DNA from: Candidatus Hadarchaeota archaeon
GTDB taxonomy: Archaea > Hadarchaeota > Hadarchaeia > Hadarchaeales > Hadarchaeaceae
NCBI GenBank assembly: GCA_964514965.1
Contig: CAZETV010000002.1
Span: forward strand, 213,057-245,056
DNA length: 32,000 bases
Direction of reading: 5' to 3'
The number at the start of each line of letters is the position of its first letter. The first letter of the stretch is position 1. Below are positions 1 through 8,798 of the stretch, one piece after another. The notes under the pieces are model-generated. The model was given only the letters and a program-made list of their open reading frames with translations. It searched no databases and was not told the DNA's origin. A program made the translations under genes and the position numbers.

Positions 1-121
1 AAGAATGATGCCCACGGTGGTTTTGGGATATCAACCCCCAATAGATATAAGGGATTACCGGTCTGCTATCGAAACTATAGGCTCCGAAGACTCCACAGGA
101 TTCTCCTAGCGAATCAGACAT
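1..121 (-). CDS. purF: Class-II (Ntn) glutamine amidotransferase, PurF-like amidophosphoribosyltransferase; only the N-terminal 40 codons are present (gene runs off the left edge)
   Basis: Own translation of the minus strand from ATG at 121..119: MSDSLGESCGVFGAYSFDSRPVIPYIYWGLISQNHRGHHS. A short propeptide is followed by the CGVFG nucleophile motif and a GL...HRG motif, as in PurF-type enzymes. It starts 30 nt downstream of the carA stop on the same strand. It is absent from the ORF track because it is truncated. Confidence 0.55.
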   Translation of the reverse strand, partial: MSDSLGESCGVFGAYSFDSRPVIPYIYWGLISQNHRGHHS

Positions 122-151
122 GGCAACAAAGTTAGAGCCAGGCGACATTTG

Positions 152-1234
152 TCATCTCCTTTTATTTTTCAACATCTCAACGAAGCGGTCAAAAAGGTAC
201 TGATTATCCTGCGGTCCTGGGGAGCCTTCCGGATGATATTGCACGGAGAAAACAGGGAGTTCCTCGTGATCGATTCCTTCAACCGTGCCGTCGTTGCAGT
301 TGATTTTTGTAACTTTGAATCCAGTACCTTGTAGGCTTTCCGCGTCAATCGCAAAACCGTGGTTCTGCGCGGTTATGTGAACTTTCCCAGTTTGAAGGTC
401 CTTAACTGGCTGATTAGTCCCGCGATGTCCAAACTTGAGTTTAAAAGTCTTCGTTCCAGCAGCCAAAGCCAAAATTTGATTACCCAAACATATACCCATA
501 ATCGGATATTTTTCCATTAGTTGCCCAACGGTCTTGTGGAGGTGGGTCAAAACCGCTGGGTCACCCGGGCCATTTGATATCACGATGCCATCTGGCTCCA
601 ATGCCTCAATTTGGCTCACGTCCATCGTTGCGGGAACAGCGATTACTGAGAGTCCTCTTTTGACTAGACTTCTGAGGATACTTCTTTTAACTCCGCAGTC
701 GATGAGCACGATTTTTAACTTACCCCCATTGCCAAATCTGTTTATTTCCTTCCGAGTTGTTTCCCCAACCAAGTCCTGCTCTGAAATGTCTGGATGCTTC
801 CTAACCTTTTCAAGCAACTCTTCGACATGGGGCTCTTTACCTTCATAAGTAACCATGCCGCATTTCATCGTGCCATATTTTCTAACCTTGATCGTTAACG
901 CGCGAGTATCCACGCTCATGATGCCAGGAATCTTGAATTCCTCCAAGAACTCTTCGAGCTTTTTTGTTCCCTTCCAATGAGATGGCTCCTCGCAGAGTTC
1001 CCTGAGTACCAATCCCTTAACCCAAATTCTATCTGACTCGAACCAATCGGGATGCACTTTGTAGTTCCCAATCAACGGATAGGTAAACATCAGGATTTGC
1101 CCATTGTAAGAAGGGTCCGTCAAAGACTCAACGTAGCCTGTCATCGATGTGTTGAAAACGATTTCACCAAGCGCTTCCCTTTTAGCTCCTAATCCCGCTC
1201 CCCTGAATACTGTTCCATCTTCGAGCACTAGCAT
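152..1234 (-). CDS. carA: Carbamoyl-phosphate synthase small (glutaminase) subunit
   Basis: Track ORF 152..1276. MLVLEDGTVFRGAGLG...IVFNTSMTGYVESLTDPSYNGQI is the canonical CarA N-terminus. The C-terminal half is a triad GATase (GICLGNQ, QYHPE). I prefer the ATG at 1234 (M15 of the track ORF). The track start at 1276 is a TTG that would overlap the nrpR stop by 4 nt. Confidence 0.9.
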   Translation of the reverse strand: MLVLEDGTVFRGAGLGAKREALGEIVFNTSMTGYVESLTDPSYNGQILMFTYPLIGNYKVHPDWFESDRIWVKGLVLRELCEEPSHWKGTKKLEEFLEEFKIPGIMSVDTRALTIKVRKYGTMKCGMVTYEGKEPHVEELLEKVRKHPDISEQDLVGETTRKEINRFGNGGKLKIVLIDCGVKRSILRSLVKRGLSVIAVPATMDVSQIEALEPDGIVISNGPGDPAVLTHLHKTVGQLMEKYPIMGICLGNQILALAAGTKTFKLKFGHRGTNQPVKDLQTGKVHITAQNHGFAIDAESLQGTGFKVTKINCNDGTVEGIDHEELPVFSVQYHPEGSPGPQDNQYLFDRFVEMLKNKRR

Positions 1235-1272
1235 CGCTTTAATGTTCTCGCTCAGATTTGAGTGGTGGGATT

Positions 1273-2259
1273 TCAAATTTTTTTCAACTCCTTAACAGAG
1301 ATGAGGCAGTGCGGTGCAAATGTTTCGATCTTGGCTCCGCGTTCTTTCATGATGACAGCGGGTATCAACCCACCAACCATAGAAATTCCAACTCTGTCCA
1401 TGCTTACTGGAATACCCAGAATGGCTTCATTGGGCTTACCAAAGGCTAAGATTCCACCCCATCCTTTATCTTTTAGGTTTGAAATCACTCGTTGCGTAGC
1501 ATCCCCCGCAGTCATTGGAAGCTCTCTTAAACCAGCGGTTAACATCCCAGAACCGGTCTTGAGGACGCTATCTATTGAAGTCATGCCCCTGTAAACGAAC
1601 ACCTCCAGAGGCGGTATTGTTGTTCCATTGTAGGAAATCAGCTCCACGAAGCGGATGGGTTTGTATTTCAAAAATTGAACCAGACCTCCATAAGTAGGGA
1701 TTATCGGAATACCTGAGTGCATAAGGACGCCATCTATTGTAAGATTGCAAACGGTAAAAATAGCTATTTGCCCTTTTGGAACGGATATTTCGCCATGTTC
1801 TTCTCCTTCATCCAACACTTTGATGTAAGGAGCCAACAGGAGATCCTTTTCGTGGAGGGAATCCAAGACCTTGAGAACCCGATCGTGAAGGGCCTTGTCC
1901 ACGAAGGAAACATTAGCGACCACCTTTCCTTTATCACTCCTAGGTTCGTAAGTCACAGTATACGCTAAAGATAGGAAACGCGTGGTAACGAAGCCCACTC
2001 TTTCATAAGCTAACGCCCTGCCAAGCTCTTTTAGTCCCTCCTGAGTTATCGTTCTCCCACTCCGATCATGCCCATGAATGAGACCTCTAGCTTGTAATAA
2101 TTGAAGGTGATATCTTATCGCCCTCTCGCTGAGCAGAAAACCTCTTCTCCTCAGTTCTCGGCTAAGCATCGTAGAGCCTAAGGGTTTATCATGCCCGCTC
2201 AAAGCCTTTAAAATCTCAATCTCCTTCCTGTTGCTCTCGTTCTGCCCAGAATCAAGCAT
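1273..2259 (-). CDS. nrpR: NrpR-type nitrogen regulatory repressor (winged HTH plus one NrpR/DUF128 domain), paralogue 1
   Basis: 328 aa. The N-terminal HTH (LGSTMLSRELRRRGFLLSERAIRYHLQLLQARGLI) is followed by the NrpR-domain pattern (VPKGQIAIFTVCNLTIDGVL, GGLVQF, PLEVFVYRGMTS, GSGMLTAGLRELP). It is homologous along its whole length to ORF 13940..14941. It is divergent from glnA and co-directional with carA. Confidence 0.85.
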   Translation of the reverse strand: MLDSGQNESNRKEIEILKALSGHDKPLGSTMLSRELRRRGFLLSERAIRYHLQLLQARGLIHGHDRSGRTITQEGLKELGRALAYERVGFVTTRFLSLAYTVTYEPRSDKGKVVANVSFVDKALHDRVLKVLDSLHEKDLLLAPYIKVLDEGEEHGEISVPKGQIAIFTVCNLTIDGVLMHSGIPIIPTYGGLVQFLKYKPIRFVELISYNGTTIPPLEVFVYRGMTSIDSVLKTGSGMLTAGLRELPMTAGDATQRVISNLKDKGWGGILAFGKPNEAILGIPVSMDRVGISMVGGLIPAVIMKERGAKIETFAPHCLISVKELKKI

Positions 2260-2294
2260 GCCCTACCCGAAAATCACTACAACCTCTACCCTTA

Positions 2295-2316
2295 AATAGG
2301 TAAACGGCTACCTATT
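2295..2316. promoter_or_regulatory. Perfect 8-6-8 inverted repeat AATAGGTA-aacggc-TACCTATT, candidate NrpR operator, overlapping a central TTAAATA TATA-like box (2292..2298) in the 71-bp nrpR/glnA divergent intergenic region
   Basis: Read directly: the reverse complement of AATAGGTA is TACCTATT. The core GGTA-N6-TACC has the same 4-6-4 geometry as the GGAA-N6-TTCC NrpR operator described in Methanococcus. It ends 15 nt upstream of the glnA ATG. Confidence 0.45.
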
Positions 2317-2330
2317 ACCGAGGATAGACC

Positions 2331-3659
2331 ATGGTAAGCCACACTAAAGAAGATGTCTTAAAGGTTGTAACTGAGAATGATGTCAGGTTCATAAGGCTTT
2401 GGTTTACCGATATCTTGGGGCAACTGAAGAGTTTTTCCATTACATCAGGGGAATTAGAGACAGCTTTTACCGAAGGGATGGGATTTGATGGTTCGTCCAT
2501 AAAAGGTTTTGCACGAATCGATGAGAGCGATATGATCGCCAAACCGGACCCCACAACCTTTACTATTCTTCCTTGGAGACCAAAAGAAAAAGCTGTTGCG
2601 AGGATGTTTTGTGACATTCTGGAACCGGACGGGAGACCCCACGAAGGTGACCCTCGCTATATATTGAAGCGAAATTTGGAGCGATTGAAGGAAAAAAATT
2701 ATACTTTTTACGTCGGGCCTGAAGTAGAGTATTTTTACTTTAAAGATGCAGAGCATCCAGACGTTTTAGACAAGGGCGGGTACTTTGACCTCACTACCTT
2801 AGATGCAGCGAGCGACTTACGAAGAGACACGATTTTGACATTGGAAGCAATGGGAGTAAAGGCTGAATATAGCCATCACGAAGTCGCGCCTTCTCAACAT
2901 GAGATAGACCTGTACTATATGGACGCACTTACCATGGCCGATAACGTAATGACTTACAAGGTAGTGGTGAAGGAGATTGCACACAAATACGGCTACTATG
3001 CTACCTTCATGCCCAAGCCGATCTTCGGGGAAAATGGAAGTGGGATGCATACTCACCAATCTTTGTTCAAAGGAGACAAAAACGTCTTCTTTGATGCAAG
3101 TGATGAATATCACCTATCCCCAATTGCTAAAGGATACATCGCTGGATTGCTAAAACATGCCCCGGAAATCACCGCCATTACTAACCAATGGGTCAATTCT
3201 TACAAGAGGCTGGTCCCCGGCTATGAGGCGCCAGTTTATCTAAGTTGGGCTCGTCGGAATAGGTCCACGTTAGTAAGAGTGCCCATGTACAAACCAGGGA
3301 AGGAGAAGGCCACACGAATTGAATTCCGTAGTCCAGATCCAGCTTGCAATCCTTATTTGGCATTTGCTGTTATGCTAGCAGCTGGACTCGAGGGAATTGA
3401 GAAAGGATATTCGCTTCCGGGTCCAATCGAAAAAGATGTTTACCACCTCAGCGAAAAAGAAAGAAAAAAACTGGGCGTAGAAACACTTCCGGGAAGCTTG
3501 GTTGAGGCTATAGAATTAGCGGAAAAAAGCGAGCTGATGCACAAGACCTTAGGGGCCCATATTTTCAACAATTTTATCGAGAGCAAAAAGGTTGAGTGGG
3601 ACAATTATAGAAAACAAATCCACCCTTGGGAAGTGAAAGAGTACCTCCCTATCCTGTAG
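2331..3659 (+). CDS. glnA: Glutamine synthetase, type I
   Basis: 442 aa. Shows a typical GSI N-terminal beta-grasp (VRFIRLWFTDILGQLKSF) and catalytic-domain motifs (GSGMHTHQS, NPYLAFAVMLAAGLEG). Confidence 0.95.
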   Translation: MVSHTKEDVLKVVTENDVRFIRLWFTDILGQLKSFSITSGELETAFTEGMGFDGSSIKGFARIDESDMIAKPDPTTFTILPWRPKEKAVARMFCDILEPDGRPHEGDPRYILKRNLERLKEKNYTFYVGPEVEYFYFKDAEHPDVLDKGGYFDLTTLDAASDLRRDTILTLEAMGVKAEYSHHEVAPSQHEIDLYYMDALTMADNVMTYKVVVKEIAHKYGYYATFMPKPIFGENGSGMHTHQSLFKGDKNVFFDASDEYHLSPIAKGYIAGLLKHAPEITAITNQWVNSYKRLVPGYEAPVYLSWARRNRSTLVRVPMYKPGKEKATRIEFRSPDPACNPYLAFAVMLAAGLEGIEKGYSLPGPIEKDVYHLSEKERKKLGVETLPGSLVEAIELAEKSELMHKTLGAHIFNNFIESKKVEWDNYRKQIHPWEVKEYLPIL

Positions 3660-3706
3660 GAATCTGGGGTTTGAAAAGATGAAATCCTCGGGAAAAAGGT
3701 GGAAAA

Positions 3707-4789
3707 ATGAATCGCTATCTGGAAAAAGAAAGAAGTGGCTGTTCCCTTGTGGGGATAATGAACGAACAGGGAAAGAGATTTAGCGGCAAATTAGTGATAA
3801 AATCTATCGCCGTGATGCGCGAACGGGCAAATGGTTTGGGCGCGGGGTTCGCCGGTTATGGTATATACCCCAAATACAGCGATTTTTACGCCTTCCATTT
3901 GCTGTATGATAACGATAAAGCCAAAGATTTAACTGAGGAATACTTAGAAAAAAATTATCTAATCCAGAAAGACGAAGCCATTCCGTCTAGGGAAGTAGAG
4001 GCAATAAAAAATTCACCCTGTATCTGGCGATATTTTCTAAAGATAAAAGAAGAGAGAAAAGAAGAACGTTGCGACCTTGCTGAAGAAGATTTCATTGTCA
4101 AAACAGTGATGGACATAAACACCGGCATTGACGGGGCATTTGTATTCTCAAGTGGGAAAAACATGGGCATCTTTAAAGGCGTAGGTTTTCCTGAAGACAT
4201 CGGCGCCTTTTACAGGTTGGAGGATTATAAAGGCTACAACTGGATTGCCCACGGGAGATTTCCAACAAACACGGGCGCATGGTGGGGGGGAGCTCATCCT
4301 TTAGGGCTTTTAGATTGGTCTGTGGTCCATAACGGAGAGATTTCATCTTACGGGACAAACAGAAGGTTTTTGCTCAACTACGGATATCACTGTGCCCTTT
4401 TTACTGACACAGAGGTAATGACATACCTCTTCGACCTGCTGGCGAGAAAACACAAACTAGATTTTGGGGTGATATCAAAAATTCTCGCCGCCCCATTTTG
4501 GGATGAGATAGATAGAGCCCAGAACGGCGAATCTACGTTGGTTAAGGCCCTGCGCATGACTTATAGCAGCGCTCTGGTTAACGGCCCGTTCTCGGTTATA
4601 GTGGGGCGCAACAGGGAATTGGTGGGCCTAAACGATCGCATCAAGTTAAGGCCGTTAGTAGCTGGAAGAAAAGATGATATGCTCTATATGTCTAGCGAAG
4701 AGTCCGGCATTAGGGAAGTATGTCCTTCGCCTGACAGAGTCTGGGCGCCGAAAGCGGGAGAGCCGGTAATCGGACGGTTGAGGGGGTAA
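3707..4789 (+). CDS. Archaeal-type glutamate synthase, stand-alone class-II glutamine amidotransferase domain (GltB domain 1 equivalent)
   Basis: 360 aa. Short leader then CSLVGI nucleophile motif; GRFPTNT and HNGEISSYG motifs of Ntn amidotransferases. It lies immediately upstream of the FMN-domain gene (3-nt gap). Confidence 0.8.
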   Translation: MNRYLEKERSGCSLVGIMNEQGKRFSGKLVIKSIAVMRERANGLGAGFAGYGIYPKYSDFYAFHLLYDNDKAKDLTEEYLEKNYLIQKDEAIPSREVEAIKNSPCIWRYFLKIKEERKEERCDLAEEDFIVKTVMDINTGIDGAFVFSSGKNMGIFKGVGFPEDIGAFYRLEDYKGYNWIAHGRFPTNTGAWWGGAHPLGLLDWSVVHNGEISSYGTNRRFLLNYGYHCALFTDTEVMTYLFDLLARKHKLDFGVISKILAAPFWDEIDRAQNGESTLVKALRMTYSSALVNGPFSVIVGRNRELVGLNDRIKLRPLVAGRKDDMLYMSSEESGIREVCPSPDRVWAPKAGEPVIGRLRG

Positions 4790-4791
4790 AA

Positions 4792-6312
4792 ATGCCTATC
4801 ACTTTCATTCCACCCGAATTCATTATCGAAAGAGACGATGAAAAATGTATCACTTGCCAAGTTTGTTGTAGGCAGTGTGCAAACGATGCTCATACCTACG
4901 ATGCTGAAGACGACAAAGTTTACACCGATAATTCTAAATGTGTGGGATGCCATCGCTGCGTGACACTTTGCCCAACCGGTGCACTAAATGTCATACGCAA
5001 TCCTCTGCACTTTAAAGATAATCCCAACTGGACGCCTCGTGCGATAAAAGACATCTATAAGCAGGCCGAGTCTGGCGGGGTGCTGTTGACTGGGATGGGC
5101 TGTGACCGACCCTACTTTGATTACTTTAGCCATATTGTACTCAACGCGTCACAAGTGACTAACCCATCAATCGACCCCCTCCGGGAGCCGATGGAACTAC
5201 GTACCTACATCGGGAAAAAACCAGACAAAGTCGAAATAGAGGGTACTAGCGAGAGGGCCCGACTAAAGACCAAGATACTCCCGCAGCTGGAGTTGAGTAC
5301 TCCAATCCTCTTCTCGGCGATGTCGTTCGGCTCGATAAGTTACAATGCTCATTTGTCTTTGGCTAAGGCAGCCCAAGAGTTCGGGATTTTTTATAACACT
5401 GGAGAGGGCGGATTACACCCGGACCTGTACAAATACGGTAAACACACGATAGTCCAAGTCGCCTCGGGTCGGTTCGGTGTACATCGGGACTACTTGGAGG
5501 TAGCTGCCGCGATAGAGATAAAAATCGGCCAGGGTGCAAAACCGGGAATAGGCGGACATCTCCCGGGAGAGAAAGTAAGCGAACAAATAAGTCGAACCAG
5601 GATGATTCCAGAAGGAACGGATGCCCTTTCCCCAGCCCCGCATCACGACATTTATTCGATAGAGGACCTGCGACAACTCATTTATGCGTTAAAAGAGGCA
5701 ACGAGCTACACGAAACCAGTGGGGGTAAAGATTGCCGCCGTGCATAACGTGGCCCCCATCGCGAGCGGCATAGTTCGTGCGGGTGCTGATTTTGTAGCCA
5801 TTGACGGGATTCGTGGTGGCACTGGTGCCGCCCCTACAGTAATCCGAGACAACGTGGGGATACCGATAGAACTCGCTGCTGCTGTAGTTGACAGCCGTCT
5901 TAGGGAGGAGGGGATTAGACATCGAGCTTCGCTTATAGTTGGTGGCGGTATAAGATCCAGCGCGGATGTCGTAAAGGCTATTGCGTTAGGCGCAGATGCT
6001 GTCTATATCGGGACCGCCTCATTGGTAGCAATGGGTTGCCGCGTTTGCCAAAAATGTTATACTGGAAAATGCAACTGGGGTATCGCTACTCAAGACCCCT
6101 ATTTGACCAAAAGATTGAATCCTGAGATTGGCGCCCGAAGATTGCTAAACTTACTCCGTGCGTGGTCATTGGAAATCAAGGATATGCTCGGCGGCATGGG
6201 CATCAACGCAATTGAAAGCCTGCGGGGGAATAGAGATCAATTAAGAGGCGTTGGACTTACGGATGTGGATTTGAAAATGCTGGGGATAAAGCCAGCTGGA
6301 GAGGCGTGGTAA
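4792..6312 (+). CDS. gltB: Archaeal-type glutamate synthase, FMN-binding synthase domain with N-terminal 2x[4Fe-4S] ferredoxin domain (GltB domain 2 equivalent)
   Basis: 506 aa. Two CxxCxxCxxxCP-like motifs at the N-terminus (CITCQVCCRQC, CVGCHRCVTLCP). The TIM-barrel synthase motifs follow (GEGG, IKIGQGAKPGIGGHLPG, DGIRGGTGAAP, GGGIRSSADVVKAIALGAD). Confidence 0.9.
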   Translation: MPITFIPPEFIIERDDEKCITCQVCCRQCANDAHTYDAEDDKVYTDNSKCVGCHRCVTLCPTGALNVIRNPLHFKDNPNWTPRAIKDIYKQAESGGVLLTGMGCDRPYFDYFSHIVLNASQVTNPSIDPLREPMELRTYIGKKPDKVEIEGTSERARLKTKILPQLELSTPILFSAMSFGSISYNAHLSLAKAAQEFGIFYNTGEGGLHPDLYKYGKHTIVQVASGRFGVHRDYLEVAAAIEIKIGQGAKPGIGGHLPGEKVSEQISRTRMIPEGTDALSPAPHHDIYSIEDLRQLIYALKEATSYTKPVGVKIAAVHNVAPIASGIVRAGADFVAIDGIRGGTGAAPTVIRDNVGIPIELAAAVVDSRLREEGIRHRASLIVGGGIRSSADVVKAIALGADAVYIGTASLVAMGCRVCQKCYTGKCNWGIATQDPYLTKRLNPEIGARRLLNLLRAWSLEIKDMLGGMGINAIESLRGNRDQLRGVGLTDVDLKMLGIKPAGEAW

Positions 6313-6324
6313 GCGGGGATAGAA

Positions 6325-6759
6325 ATGAAACGGATCTACATAAAAGAAGATGTTTGCATTGGATGCCGGCTTTGTGAGATTTATTGTCTGGTTCAACATT
6401 CGAAGTCAAAAAAGATAATCAAAGCCTACAAAGGGGAGTATCCCAAAGCCATCCCTAGGATTTTGGTGGAAGAGAAAGGGCACGTGTCCTTTGCCCTTCA
6501 ATGCCGTCACTGTGAGGATGCCCCATGCATTGACGCTTGCATAACAGGAGCAATGTACCGGGATAAAAAGACGGGAGCCATCCTCTGTGACGAAAAGAAG
6601 TGCGTCGGCTGTTGGATGTGCATCATGGTATGCCCGTTCGGGGTTATAATGAGGGATGTGGAAGGCAAGAAAGTCGCCTCCAAATGCGACTTGTGTTGCG
6701 GGGAGGAAATCCCTGTTTGCGTGGCGAATTGTCCTAATGAAGCGCTGGAATTCAGGTGA
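6325..6759 (+). CDS. 4Fe-4S multicluster ferredoxin-like protein
   Basis: 144 aa with four Cys clusters (CIGCRLCEIYC; CRHCEDAPCIDAC; CVGCWMCIMVCP; CDLCCGEEIPVCVANCP). Confidence 0.8.
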   Translation: MKRIYIKEDVCIGCRLCEIYCLVQHSKSKKIIKAYKGEYPKAIPRILVEEKGHVSFALQCRHCEDAPCIDACITGAMYRDKKTGAILCDEKKCVGCWMCIMVCPFGVIMRDVEGKKVASKCDLCCGEEIPVCVANCPNEALEFR

Positions 6760-6764
6760 AATGA

Positions 6765-8042
6765 ATGACCCACTACGTGATTATCGGAAACTCGGTAGCC
6801 TCCATAGCTGCGGTTGAGGCGATTCGCAATCAGGACAAAGATGGTGCAATAACCATCATCTCCGATGAACCTCACCACGCTTACTCGCGGCCGCTTATTT
6901 CGTACCTACTCGCTGGCAAGGTTTCAGAAGAATCGATGTTATATCGAGATAGAAACTTTTACAAAAAGAATAAGGTCGAGGTTCTCTTGGGCAAGAAAGC
7001 CATCGCCTTAAACCCGAAGAAGAAGTTGATTACTCTCGCTGACAAAAAGAAAATCCATTTCGACAAGCTATTGATTGCAACCGGGGGAACTCCGATTCTC
7101 CCAAAAGTTAAAGGCAAAAATCTAGACGGTGTCTTCACTTTCACCAAATGGGACGATGCCAAGAAGATTAAGGAGTACATCAACAAAAACAAGGTAAAAA
7201 AAGTAATCGTAGTAGGAGGCGGGCTAATAGGACTAAAAACTGTCGAAGGCTTGATTGGGCTTAAAGTAAAGGTGAGTATTGTCGAACTTGCCGACAGGAT
7301 ATTAAGTGCCACTTTCGATAAGAAAGCTTCCAATCTCATAAAGACTTGTTTGAATAAAATGGGTTGTAACGTAATCACCAAAAATACCGTGACTAAAATC
7401 AGGGGCAAAAAGAAAGTAACCAGCGTGATTTTAAAGGATGGATTGAAACTCGATTGCGGCATGGTCATCTTCGCTATCGGCGTTGCTCCAAACGTAGAGA
7501 TCGCCAAAGGTACAGATATCGAAATAAATAAGGGTATCCTTGTCGACAACCACATGCAAACTAATATCCCGGACATCTACGCAGCAGGCGATGTTGTTGA
7601 AGGGCTTGATTTTATTACAGGATTAACTCGCCCTATAGCCATTTGGCCAAACGCTTACAAACAAGGCAACATTGCTGGATCCAACATGGCCGGGGTGCCT
7701 AAAGAATACACGGGTAGTTTTGTTATGAACTCGGTTGAACTTTGCAACATACCAACCATTTCGGTGGGATTAACCGACCCCAAAGAGGACGGATACGAGG
7801 TGCTCGATTATTACGACGAGGAAAATTTAGTATACAGGAAAGTTGTGCTGAAAGGAAACCGGATAGTCGGCGCCATATTTATCAAGAATATCGATAGAGC
7901 GGGAATTTATACAGGTCTCATCATAGAAAAGGTAGATGTTTCGAGCTTTAGAAATCACCTTCTAGAAGAAGATTTTGGTCTGCTATCTCTACCCAAAGAG
8001 TACAGGAAACACTTAGTTTATGGACCGGGGGTTGAGGTATGA
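6765..8042 (+). CDS. FAD/NAD(P)-dependent pyridine-nucleotide-disulfide-family oxidoreductase (NADH-oxidase/NirB-N-terminal-like)
   Basis: 425 aa. Two Rossmann signatures (VIIGNSVASIAA; VIVVGGGLIGLK), the YSRPLISY motif and the AAGDV FAD motif typical of this family. The 3' end overlaps the next gene by 4 nt. Confidence 0.8.
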   Translation: MTHYVIIGNSVASIAAVEAIRNQDKDGAITIISDEPHHAYSRPLISYLLAGKVSEESMLYRDRNFYKKNKVEVLLGKKAIALNPKKKLITLADKKKIHFDKLLIATGGTPILPKVKGKNLDGVFTFTKWDDAKKIKEYINKNKVKKVIVVGGGLIGLKTVEGLIGLKVKVSIVELADRILSATFDKKASNLIKTCLNKMGCNVITKNTVTKIRGKKKVTSVILKDGLKLDCGMVIFAIGVAPNVEIAKGTDIEINKGILVDNHMQTNIPDIYAAGDVVEGLDFITGLTRPIAIWPNAYKQGNIAGSNMAGVPKEYTGSFVMNSVELCNIPTISVGLTDPKEDGYEVLDYYDEENLVYRKVVLKGNRIVGAIFIKNIDRAGIYTGLIIEKVDVSSFRNHLLEEDFGLLSLPKEYRKHLVYGPGVEV

Positions 8043-8770
8043 GGATAGATGCGAAGGGGGTTTATTATAAGGATTTAAATGAGCAAATCCGCCAAGCCGT
8101 CGCTAAAGGGGAAAAGGAAATCATTCTAGACAACATTAACGGACAAAGGTATATCGGTGCTGGGCTAAAGGGTGATATAGATATCAAAATTTTTGGGGTT
8201 CCGGGAAACGATCTCGCCGCTTTCATGGACGGCCCAACTATAACAGTGTTTGCAAATGGACAAGATGGGGTGGGAAATACGATGAATTCTGGTAAAATCG
8301 TGATTCGCGGAGATGCCGGAGATATATTGGGGTATTCCATGCGCGGGGGGAAGATCTTTGTCAAAGGTGATGTTGGTTACCGCGTGGGCATACACATGAA
8401 GTCTTACAAAGAGGCATATCCTGTTGTGATTGTTGGGGGGCGTGCACAAGATTTCCTTGGAGAGTATATGGCAGGGGGATTACTAGTCGTTTTAGGACTA
8501 GAGAAAGGGGAATCACGGATGACTGGGAACTATGTGGGGACAGGTATGCATGGCGGGGTGATGTACATCCGGGGGAAATTGGAGGATTACCAACTTGGGA
8601 AAGAAGTGGAGATACTCAAACCCAATGAACAAGACATTAAAATGTTAGATTGTTATTTAGAAGAATACTGTCACGATTTTAATTTAGATTTAAATGAGAT
8701 TTCAAACGAAGAGTTCGTGAAATTAGTACCTCACTCCTACCGCCCCTATGGGAGGATATACGCTTATTGA
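8039..8770 (+). CDS. Glutamate synthase GXGXG beta-helix domain protein (GltB C-terminal domain equivalent)
   Basis: 243 aa with repeated G-x-G motifs (GQRYIGAGL, GVPGNDLAAFMDG, ANGQDGVGNTMNSGKIVIRGDAGD, GYSMRGGKIFVKGDVGYRVG, EYMAGGLLVVLG). Confidence 0.85.
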   Translation: MRIDAKGVYYKDLNEQIRQAVAKGEKEIILDNINGQRYIGAGLKGDIDIKIFGVPGNDLAAFMDGPTITVFANGQDGVGNTMNSGKIVIRGDAGDILGYSMRGGKIFVKGDVGYRVGIHMKSYKEAYPVVIVGGRAQDFLGEYMAGGLLVVLGLEKGESRMTGNYVGTGMHGGVMYIRGKLEDYQLGKEVEILKPNEQDIKMLDCYLEEYCHDFNLDLNEISNEEFVKLVPHSYRPYGRIYAY

Positions 8771-8798
8771 ATATCTGGTGTTTTCGTTGAAATCTATT

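Noticed and set aside
6959-7576. 205-aa antisense ORF within the FAD oxidoreductase gene
   Set aside because: Hydrophobic, low-complexity antisense product of an AT-rich, Lys-rich gene. The plus-strand ORF has Rossmann motifs.
8748-8798. Upstream start (8748) of the trpE-type ORF
   Set aside because: It would overlap the preceding gene by 23 nt and add MGGYTLIEYLVFSLKSI, which has no counterpart in the family. The ATG at 8799 follows the upstream stop.
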